Virus record (IMG/VR): IMGVR_UViG_3300048625_000299
Location: 1 to 64,000 of that record
DNA length: 64,000 bases
Reading direction: 5' to 3' (one strand)
Part shown: in pieces, positions 28,194 to 34,944 of the stretch
Numbering within the stretch: position 1 is the first letter of the stretch
How the letters are laid out: every line of letters begins with the position of its first letter
The notes under the pieces: model-generated
What the model was told of the DNA's origin: nothing
The model's database searches: none
Seen by the model: only the letters and a program-made list of their open reading frames with translations
Made by a program: the position numbers and the translations under genes

Positions 28194-28376
28194 TTAATCG
28201 AATACAAATCTACAGTTGATTTGTTTTAACTGTCCGTCGAGTTTGAATTCAGTTTCGACTTTCGGATAGCAATCGGCAAATGTGCCAACGCAAGTAGACG
28301 TTTTAGTCTCTTTGTAAGGTTGACCATCAGCTAGCTTGTAAAGCAGTTTGAGGTTGTATTCATCATCATATGCCAT
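28194..28376 (-). CDS. small antisense-oriented protein (60 aa)
   Basis: GGAG upstream of ATG on the minus strand; exactly fills the gap between two tRNAs. Confidence 0.5.
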   Translation of the reverse strand: MAYDDEYNLKLLYKLADGQPYKETKTSTCVGTFADCYPKVETEFKLDGQLKQINCRFVFD

Positions 28377-28388
28377 AGAAATATTTAT

Positions 28389-28466
28389 CTCCGATTCGCC
28401 TAGTCTGGTATGGCACTTCGTTTGGGACGAAGAATAACGGGAGTTCAAATCTCTCATCGGAGACCA
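28389..28466 (+). tRNA. tRNA-Pro(TGG)
   Basis: Cloverleaf, CCA. Confidence 0.9.
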
Positions 28467-28618
28467 AGAATTAGTCGGAAAGCAAGAGCCGAAAAGTAAA
28501 TAGTAGGCGACCTAGCCACCTCGGTCGTCTTTGTAGTGTATACTGCGTCAGGGAGCCTGGAAGGGTAACTTGAGAAACACTGGGGTAAGAATCCCAATTG
28601 ATGGTGAGCGCAAATTTC

Positions 28619-28691
28619 CAGGGGGTATGATAGTGGTAGTCGCCGAGGTTTGGAACCTTGTAGTGGGAGTTCGATTCTCCCTCCCCTGACC
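28619..28691 (+). tRNA. tRNA-Pro(TGG), no encoded CCA
   Basis: Cloverleaf ending ACC-C. Confidence 0.85.
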
Positions 28692-28715
28692 CTTGAGTCG
28701 ATGTCAAGACTCGAA
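28690..28715 (+). repeat. 26-nt direct repeat, copy 2
   Basis: Identical to 27182-27207. Confidence 0.9.
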
Positions 28716-28726
28716 CGATTATAAAT

Positions 28727-29389
28727 ATGTGTATGTATTACACTGTTTATAAAACGACGAATAAGATTAATGGCAAGATCTATATTGGATCACATAAGAC
28801 CAAAAATCTTAATGATAATTACCTGGGTTCAGGTAAGTATTTGAAGCGTGCCATAGAAAAGTATGGAGTAGATTCTTTCACTAGGGAAATACTGTTCATA
28901 TTTGAAACAGCAGAGGAAATGTATGCTAAAGAGGCGGAGCTTGTGAACGCAGAGTTCCTAACTGAAGAAAATACATACAACCTCAAGGTTGGAGGTTTTG
29001 GTGGGTTTGACTATATAAATTCCAACCCCGAAAAATACCTAACGCCCAAGAGGCTTGCAGCGCTGATGCCTGGACATGAGTTGCAAAGGCGGCTGTGGGA
29101 AAAATATTATTCCGATCCTGCGTTTAGAGCCAAGCGCCAAGAGCAATCTAGACATGCTCTAAACGTAGCTAGAACAAAATCGCGTGCTCCCTTCAAAGGA
29201 CGCAAGCATTCGGATGTTGTAAAACAAAAAATAGCTGCAAAGGCTAGAGAAAGATCTGCAGATAATCCACAAGGAAACTCCCAGTATGGGACGATATGGA
29301 TTACAGATGGTGTTGAAAATAAGAAGATTAATAAAACTGATGTCTTACCAGATGGTTGGTATAGGGGCAGAGTTTTTAAAAAAGTATAA
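28727..29389 (+). CDS. GIY-YIG (Seg-like) homing endonuclease with NUMOD3-like segment
   Basis: YTVYKTTN...KIYIGSH; FKGRKHS; WITDG...GWYRGR; late promoter at 28720. Confidence 0.9.
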   Translation: MCMYYTVYKTTNKINGKIYIGSHKTKNLNDNYLGSGKYLKRAIEKYGVDSFTREILFIFETAEEMYAKEAELVNAEFLTEENTYNLKVGGFGGFDYINSNPEKYLTPKRLAALMPGHELQRRLWEKYYSDPAFRAKRQEQSRHALNVARTKSRAPFKGRKHSDVVKQKIAAKARERSADNPQGNSQYGTIWITDGVENKKINKTDVLPDGWYRGRVFKKV

Positions 29390-29390
29390 T

Positions 29391-29468
29391 GTCTGGGTGG
29401 CAGAGCGGCCCATTGCAACGGATTGCAAATCCGTAAAGTCGTCGGTTCAAATCCGACCCCAGATTCCA
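29391..29468 (+). tRNA. tRNA-Cys(GCA)
   Basis: U73, CCA. Confidence 0.9.
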
Positions 29469-29476
29469 ATTTTAAT

Positions 29477-29550
29477 GCGTGGTTAGTTTAATGGTAAAAT
29501 CAGACGTTGCCAACGTTTAGTTAAGGGTTCGATTCCCTTACCCCGCACCA
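29477..29550 (+). tRNA. tRNA-Gly(GCC)
   Basis: Cloverleaf, CCA. Confidence 0.88.
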
Positions 29551-29556
29551 GTTTAT

Positions 29557-29632
29557 GCTCCTTTCGTATAGTGATTTATTACATCGGTTTTGTAGTCCGA
29601 GAACAGCAGTTTGATTCTGCTAGGGAGCTCCA
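29557..29632 (+). tRNA. tRNA-Thr(TGT), atypical
   Basis: Cloverleaf, TTTGA T-loop, CCA. Confidence 0.78.
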
Positions 29633-29640
29633 GTTTATTT

Positions 29641-29716
29641 GCTCGCGAAGTATTAGTTGGTGGTATGCCGCTTTCGTAATGCGGAGGATCGGGTTCGAGG
29701 CCTGACGTGAGCACCA
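29641..29716 (+). tRNA. tRNA-Thr(CGT)
   Basis: Cloverleaf, CCA. Confidence 0.8.
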
Positions 29717-29720
29717 AAGT

Positions 29721-29940
29721 TTTGTAAGTGTCAGCAAGTGCAGTCACGCTAGTGATGGTAAGTTCGAACTACCTAACTAGTAAAAGGGGACGGGTTCAAC
29801 TCCCGGCTGATCGGAAGATCGGTGCAGATTGGTTGCTAACTGGACAGGTACCCAAGTGATATCCATCGCGTGACGGGGTCAGGCTAGGCGGCCGGTAGGT
29901 CCTGACTAAATCTACGATAAACGTGACGTAGGCTTACAAA
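29721..29940 (+). ncRNA. 220-nt structured RNA X with two T-loop-like hairpins
   Basis: TTTGTAAG-TGTC-AGCAA ... CTTACAAA; GTCACG/CGTGAC helix. Confidence 0.55.
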
Positions 29941-29949
29941 TTTAATTAT

Positions 29950-30024
29950 GGAGTAGTTAGTTTAGTGGCAAAACCGCGGGTTGTGATTCCGCTATCACGG
30001 GTTCGATTCCCGTACTTCTCCCCA
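29950..30024 (+). tRNA. tRNA-His(GTG)
   Basis: G-1:C73, CCA. Confidence 0.9.
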
Positions 30025-30141
30025 TATGAAAGTATTCTTGGTATAAGTCAAAGCGGAAGAAGAGACCCACGTGGATGCATACGCAACGGTCTCAGAGCTC
30101 AGTCTCCTTCTAGGCCTGCATTCGAGAGTGCTTTTATATGG
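30022..30141 (+). ncRNA. long-stem structured element S6
   Basis: CCATATGAAAGTATTCT / AGAGTGCTTTTATATGG. Confidence 0.55.
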
Positions 30142-30146
30142 CATAT

Positions 30147-30234
30147 GCCTCGGTGTTGGAATTTGGTAGACAAGCTAGAATGAGAGTCTAGTATCCGAAA
30201 GGATGTGTGGGTTCGATTCCCATCTGAGGCACCA
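30147..30234 (+). tRNA. tRNA-Leu(GAG)
   Basis: Class II cloverleaf, CCA. Confidence 0.9.
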
Positions 30235-30249
30235 ATTAAAAAGTACATT

Positions 30250-30325
30250 GCCTGTGTAGCTCCAATGGTAGAGCAGTGGATTGAAAATCCATGTGTTGCT
30301 GGTTCGAGTCCAGCCATAGGCACCA
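30250..30325 (+). tRNA. tRNA-Phe(GAA)
   Basis: Canonical, CCA. Confidence 0.95.
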
Positions 30326-30336
30326 AGTTTGACCAT

Positions 30337-30456
30337 TAGGTTCATTTCAGCAATCAAAATAATCTTTCTTAGAAAAAGAGGGTCTGGGTTCGAATCCCAG
30401 CGCGGAGTTGGTCTTCCGTGTGGTGTAAGGGTAGCACGAAAAAAGTTGAACCTGTT
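30337..30456 (+). ncRNA. stem-cassette RNA E (permuted tRNA, TAG anticodon)
   Basis: TAGGTTCA-TTTC-AGCAA ... TGAACCTG-TT; cargo order anticodon, T, acceptor, D. Confidence 0.82.
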
Positions 30457-30470
30457 AAAATAAATGCAAT

Positions 30471-30547
30471 GGCTCAGTAGTTCCAATTGGCAGAACGGCG
30501 GATTCCAAATCCGCGTGTTGGAGGTTCGAATCCTTCCTGGGTCGCCA
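30471..30547 (+). tRNA. tRNA-Trp(CCA)
   Basis: Canonical, G73, CCA; U11-A24. Confidence 0.95.
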
Positions 30548-30554
30548 AAAGTTT

Positions 30555-30656
30555 TAGGATAGTTACAGCAAAACAAAACGCTTGTCATTGGTTGACAATT
30601 TGCCTTCTAAGCAAACCTAGCAGGTTCAATTCCTGCAGCAAAACAACTATCCTGTT
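30555..30656 (+). ncRNA. stem-cassette RNA F (acceptor-less tRNA-Arg(TCT)-like cargo)
   Basis: TAGGATAG-TTAC-AGCAA ... CTATCCTG-TT; D, anticodon and T arms in normal order. Confidence 0.8.
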
Positions 30657-30665
30657 GATTATCAC

Positions 30666-30756
30666 GGAGAGCGAAGCAGACAGGCGCGCTGCCACCGCCT
30701 TGAAAGCGGCTGGATCCTGAAAGGGATTGGATTTCGAGTATACCCGCTCTCCGCCA
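30666..30756 (+). tRNA. tRNA-Ser(TGA), atypical T-arm
   Basis: Class II, G73, CCA. Confidence 0.8.
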
Positions 30757-30763
30757 AAATTAT

Positions 30764-30878
30764 GTCGCGATGGTGTAATGGTAGCACGCTATAAAAGGTG
30801 ATCCTGATTAGGATACGTGCAGCATACATTTTCCACTGTCAATGGAGATGCCCAGGTTCGATTCCTGGTCGCGACGCC
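30764..30878 (+). tRNA. tRNA-Asp(GTC) interrupted by a 42-nt insertion (30789-30830)
   Basis: GTCGCGA/TCGCGAC acceptor with D, anticodon and T arms intact; insert carries cassette motifs in swapped order. Confidence 0.75.
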
Positions 30879-30883
30879 TCTTT

Positions 30884-30989
30884 TAGGATGAATGCAGCAA
30901 CATAAAAACTCTTCCACCATTCAGGGAGGCCGGCCCGCAGGGGGCATGTCGTTGGGTTCGAGTCCCGGTCTTAGACACATCATCCTGTT
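30884..30989 (+). ncRNA. stem-cassette RNA H (T-arm-containing cargo)
   Basis: TAGGATGA-ATGC-AGCAA ... TCATCCTG-TT. Confidence 0.78.
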
Positions 30990-30998
30990 ATTCAATGT

Positions 30999-31074
30999 TC
31001 CCTCTTCGCCAAGTTGGTAAGGCATCGGATTTTGATTCCGACATTCGGTGGTTCGAGTCCATCAGGGGGAGCCA
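30999..31074 (+). tRNA. tRNA-Gln(TTG)
   Basis: Canonical, CCA. Confidence 0.93.
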
Positions 31075-31221
31075 AGTTTTTGCAGTCTTAGCCTGGAGCT
31101 AGGGTAAAGGGTGTTGCGGGTGGCATCGAGACTCTACGGAGATTCGAGCGTTAAAGTTATCACCGATAAACATCGTAGCGCAACTTCAATCAATATGTGG
31201 AGCCTGCTGCAGAATTAATAT

Positions 31222-31310
31222 GGAAGATACAGCTGTGTGGTCACAGCATCCGCCTGGAACGCGGACGGTTGGTTCTGCTGGCCGGAGTTCGACTCTCCTA
31301 TCTTCCTCCA
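31222..31310 (+). tRNA. tRNA-Ser(GGA)
   Basis: Class II, CCA. Confidence 0.82.
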
Positions 31311-31434
31311 TATAAAAGCTCTTTGAGCAGCTACACTGGAGTTCATCAAGTAACCGCCAAGTCGACTACGCGGTAAACGTTGCCAGGAAGTAGGGCTGCC
31401 ATGGATTCAAGTACCGCAGAGAGCCTCTATATGG
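31308..31434 (+). ncRNA. long-stem structured element S7
   Basis: CCATATAAAAGCTCT / AGAGCCTCTATATGG. Confidence 0.55.
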
Positions 31435-31520
31435 ACGATTACCTAGTCAGGGACTAGCACTGATTCGAAACCAGTTGGATTCAGAAATGGGTTGGGGTTC
31501 GATACCTCAGTCGTCCGCCA
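31433..31520 (+). tRNA. tRNA-Ser(CGA)
   Basis: Class II, G73, CCA. Confidence 0.85.
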
Positions 31521-31542
31521 TTCACAAATTAAGGGGATACCG

Positions 31543-31677
31543 ATGAAACGAAAAGATGTATTCGATAAGGCATATGGTAGTGTCCCCCATGAAGTTGGCT
31601 TCAATGTCGACCTAGATATTAATGTATTCAGAGGATTCAGGTATTATTACTTGAAGATGATACGTTTCTTTAGATAG
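31543..31677 (+). CDS. small hypothetical protein
   Basis: AAGGGG RBS, 44 aa. Confidence 0.55.
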   Translation: MKRKDVFDKAYGSVPHEVGFNVDLDINVFRGFRYYYLKMIRFFR

Positions 31678-31684
31678 GAGCATT

Positions 31685-31933
31685 ATGTCAAATGAGCAAC
31701 ACAAAGAACAACATTCCAAACGTCTGCATCAAAAAGAGACGCATGTTGCAAAGCAAGTAAAGATCGCTAAGGCGTATGGCATATCTGTTAAAGAGCCACA
31801 CAAGCTAGCAAAGCATAATGCAATGAATTGTGGAGATCCAAACTGCTTGATGTGTATGAATCCCCGCAAAGCATTTAATGAGAAGACGATTCAAGAACGT
31901 CGATTTGATCAGCCTTTAGCTCAAGGAGAGTAA
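31685..31933 (+). CDS. conserved phage hypothetical protein (CxxxxCxxC)
   Basis: AGGAG RBS; CGDPNCLMCMNPRK. Confidence 0.7.
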   Translation: MSNEQHKEQHSKRLHQKETHVAKQVKIAKAYGISVKEPHKLAKHNAMNCGDPNCLMCMNPRKAFNEKTIQERRFDQPLAQGE

Positions 31934-31934
31934 A

Positions 31935-32609
31935 ATGAAAAAGGTAATCGAGATTCGCGCTGCTGAAGGCGGCGACGATAGTAAATTATTCGTAAAGGAC
32001 CTAGCGCAAAGCTACGTCAAGTTCGCAGACCGCAAGGGCTGAACTACCCGCCTGATAGGTGAGTACCTCGGAGAGCTTCATATTGAAGTCAAGGGGTCTG
32101 ACTTATCCGGACTAGAAAACGAAGCAGGCGGGCATCGAATCCAAAGAGTTCCTCCGACGGAACGAAAAGGTAGAGTACATACTAGCACCGTCACGGTCGC
32201 TATCATTGATAGCGCATCCGAGATCAAGACGGAATCTATACCAGACCATGAATTAAAAGTGGAGTGGTATAGCGGGACGGGGGCTGGTGGGCAACATCGA
32301 AACAAGCATCAAAACAGTTGTAGACTAACACACATTCCAACTGGAATAGTAACTACTGCACAATGTCGTAGTAGAGAGAATAGTCTGAACGAAGCACGAT
32401 CGTCATTGACACATCGTGTGAACTCGTTGACTAAGGATGCGTTTCATAGTAATGTAGCCAGTAACAGAAAACAACAAGTTGGTTCTGGGATGCGTGGCGA
32501 TAAGATCAGGACATATCGTTTCCAAGATGATCGTGTGCAAGACCATAGAACCGATAAAGTAGTCAGCTTGAAGAAAGTGATGGCTGGCGCGTTTGATCTG
32601 TTTTGGTAA
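31935..32609 (+). CDS. class I peptide release factor-like protein with in-frame TGA at codon 36
   Basis: EIRAAEGG, HRIQRVPPTERKGRVHTS, GAGGQHRNK, KIRTY in one frame across TGA 32040-32042. Confidence 0.85.
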
Positions 32610-32628
32610 ACACAACAAAGGAAGTATA

Positions 32629-32820
32629 ATGGCAAATCGTATTAACGAGTTTGAAGAAGTAGTTTCAGCAATGCGTGCTGATTTCGAAAAGTTCTATGAT
32701 AAAGAAACTAATGCTGCTGGCGCTCGCGTCCGTAAGCATTGCCAAGCGCTGGCTGTTCTCTGTAAGGAAGTTCGTAAGGACGTCACTGAAGTGAAAGCTG
32801 CACGCGCTGCTGCAAAGTAA
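32629..32820 (+). CDS. histone H1-like (Hc1-type) small protein
   Basis: KFYDKETNAAGARVRK...KEVRKDV. Confidence 0.65.
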   Translation: MANRINEFEEVVSAMRADFEKFYDKETNAAGARVRKHCQALAVLCKEVRKDVTEVKAARAAAK

Positions 32821-32905
32821 TTCTGCTTGCAAGCTGATCTCGGTGCTCCCGTTCTCCCGAGTTAGAATAGCTGATAATGTTTCAGTAAGACGGGGCCAAA
32901 TTTAA

Positions 32906-32995
32906 GGTGCGGTCCCATAATGGTATTGGAGCGGATTGCTAATCCGTCGGTCGGCGAAAGCCGGCTTCTGAGTTCGAGTCTCAGTCGCACCGCCA
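32906..32995 (+). tRNA. tRNA-Ser(GCT)
   Basis: Class II, CCA. Confidence 0.9.
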
Positions 32996-33000
32996 GTTCT

Positions 33001-33090
33001 CCCGCTGTAGCTCAAGGAGAGCAGGGGGTCTTATAAGCCCTTAATCTAGATAAGGTCCAGGATGTGGTTCGATTCCACACAGCGGGACCA
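33001..33090 (+). tRNA. tRNA-Ile(TAT) with long variable region
   Basis: CTTATAA loop, A73, CCA. Confidence 0.8.
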
Positions 33091-33097
33091 AAAGTTT

Positions 33098-33300
33098 TAG
33101 GATCCATGCAGCAACATAAAATGCATTGAAAGCCTCGTGTTGGTGGTGCAAGTCCACCCTCCCTCACTAAGGGCACTTTATGGAGTGACCCGCCATACTA
33201 CTAAAGGATCGCAACCTGTAGTAATATCCAACGTATGGTATTGTGCCCTTAGTGAGGGAGTAGCTCAAGTAGTAGAGCAGAGTAAAAAGCGGATCCTGTT
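33098..33300 (+). ncRNA. stem-cassette RNA I (YrlA-like permuted module with 18-bp acceptor)
   Basis: TAGGATCC-ATGC-AGCAA ... GGATCCTG-TT; T-arm, CTCCCTCACTAAGGGCAC/GTGCCCTTAGTGAGGGAG, D-arm. Confidence 0.82.
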
Positions 33301-33307
33301 GTTTAAG

Positions 33308-33385
33308 GCCCAGGTAGTGCAATTGGTAGGAGACAACGGTTTCAAACGCCGTACAGTGTGGGTTCGAATCCCATCCTGGGCACCA
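33308..33385 (+). tRNA. tRNA-Leu(CAA), short variable loop
   Basis: Cloverleaf, CCA. Confidence 0.88.
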
Positions 33386-33400
33386 AATTGAAAGTTAATT

Positions 33401-33625
33401 ATGTTTAAGGTTTACTGGACAAGTGATGGTGGTGTACATGCAAGTACGTTCGACGGCTTGTCGGAAGCTATTAAAGAATGTGAAGTGTTACGTAAGGATG
33501 GAATGACCTTTGTTACGATGGTATCAGAGAATCCAAACTCAGTAGGCAAGCCTGGAGTAGATGCTGTCGTCGATGGCAAATGTCCAGACGGTGTAGATTA
33601 CACTTGGAAGAAGAGAAGAATATGA
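33401..33625 (+). CDS. conserved hypothetical protein
   Basis: FVTMVSENPNSVGKPGVD...YTWKKRR. Confidence 0.7.
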   Translation: MFKVYWTSDGGVHASTFDGLSEAIKECEVLRKDGMTFVTMVSENPNSVGKPGVDAVVDGKCPDGVDYTWKKRRI

Positions 33626-34329
33626 TCGGTCTAATTGGAAGAGGCGTTGTGGGTGGCGCAATCGAAAACGCCTACACTAAATTAAATCGTCCGCTTGTCG
33701 TTGTTGATAGGGGCGATGATTTCCGCGCACTCGACCAATGTACCATGATTTGGGTAGCTGTCCCCGAGTGGGAAATTGCTAATGTAGCAAGACAGGTCAC
33801 CAACCGCAATGCGCTGTATGTGATTAAGAGCACTGCAGTACCTGCTCAATTCGAAACGCTATTCAAGCGATTTGTATATGTGCCTGAATTTTTGACAGCA
33901 AAGAATGCCAACGCTGATTTCTTCAACCCACCGCTGCTTCCGATCGGAACAGATAATCAGCAAGATGCTGACATGGTGTTGGATGAGATGTTTGCATTGA
34001 ATGTATACTGCTATCATGCTAGATATGTGACAGTCGCTGAAGCGTCTGCCATTAAGTACTACGCAAATTCGTTCCTAGCAACAAAAGTGATATTCAACAA
34101 TCAGTTTGCGAACTATTGTGAAGACATGGGAGTTGAGTGGAATAAGATTGCAAGCGTTCTTGGTGAGGATACCCGACTCGGACATACGCACTGGCAAGTG
34201 CCTGGGCCTGATGGGCTGCCAGGATATGGGGGAGCATGCTTTCCGAAAGATGTCCGTGCATTGGTACATGCTACAGATCGGTTGACATTATTAGAACAAG
34301 TCGATATAATAAACAAATCGATGAGATAA
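33622..34329 (+). CDS. UDP-glucose/GDP-mannose dehydrogenase-like protein
   Basis: GRGVVG, IKST, PEFL, KYYANSFLATKV, GYGGACFPKD. Confidence 0.88.
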   Translation: MIGLIGRGVVGGAIENAYTKLNRPLVVVDRGDDFRALDQCTMIWVAVPEWEIANVARQVTNRNALYVIKSTAVPAQFETLFKRFVYVPEFLTAKNANADFFNPPLLPIGTDNQQDADMVLDEMFALNVYCYHARYVTVAEASAIKYYANSFLATKVIFNNQFANYCEDMGVEWNKIASVLGEDTRLGHTHWQVPGPDGLPGYGGACFPKDVRALVHATDRLTLLEQVDIINKSMR

Positions 34330-34333
34330 CAAT

Positions 34334-34408
34334 CTGGCGTTCGTTCAACGGATAGGACATTTCTCTTCTAAAGAAATTATGGGGGTTCGATTCCCTCACG
34401 CCGGACCA
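34334..34408 (+). tRNA. tRNA-Arg(TCT)
   Basis: Cloverleaf, CCA. Confidence 0.92.
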
Positions 34409-34413
34409 AATTT

Positions 34414-34488
34414 GCGTTCATAGTTCAACGGATAGAATTCAGTCTTCCGAAGTCTGAGATTGTGGTTCAATTCCACATGGACGCACCA
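34414..34488 (+). tRNA. tRNA-Arg(CCG)
   Basis: Cloverleaf, CCA. Confidence 0.88.
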
Positions 34489-34577
34489 TAATAAAACGTA
34501 AAAGCGGTGGTATGGGCCGGATCAACGAGCGAGTGCTTCCTACATGCAGGAGCGGCGATTGGTACGTTTTATTATGG
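34486..34577 (+). ncRNA. long-stem structured element S8
   Basis: CCATAATAAAACGTA / TACGTTTTATTATGG. Confidence 0.55.
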
Positions 34578-34722
34578 TAAGGTCACATCTGAAAAGAAAA
34601 CATCCCTTCGAAAAGGATTGTAGCAGTAAGACAAGATAAGCAGCGAGATTAGGTAGGTAAGGGATAGCGGCCCAACGTTACCACTTAGTTTGCTTAGTAA
34701 GGCGCACGAAAGGCAAACTGGC

Positions 34723-34751
34723 TTGACTTATCATAACTAATGAAGTATAAT
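34723..34751 (+). promoter_or_regulatory. sigma70 promoter
   Basis: TTGACT-N17-TATAAT. Confidence 0.7.
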
Positions 34752-34829
34752 GCGGCGGTAGTGCAATTGGTAGGAGACAAGAGACTTAAACCCTCTACAG
34801 TATGGGTTCGAATCCCATCCGCCGCACCA
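34752..34829 (+). tRNA. tRNA-Leu(TAA), short variable loop
   Basis: Cloverleaf, CCA. Confidence 0.88.
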
Positions 34830-34831
34830 AT

Positions 34832-34907
34832 GCGTTGGTAGCTCAATGGTTAGAGCAGTGGTCTCATAAACCATTGGTTACAGGTTCGAGTCCTGTCCGA
34901 CGCACCA
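34832..34907 (+). tRNA. tRNA-Met or Ile2 (CAT)
   Basis: Canonical, CCA. Confidence 0.92.
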
Positions 34908-34944
34908 TGTTATTTTTATGATGATTATTTTGAAAGGTGAATAT

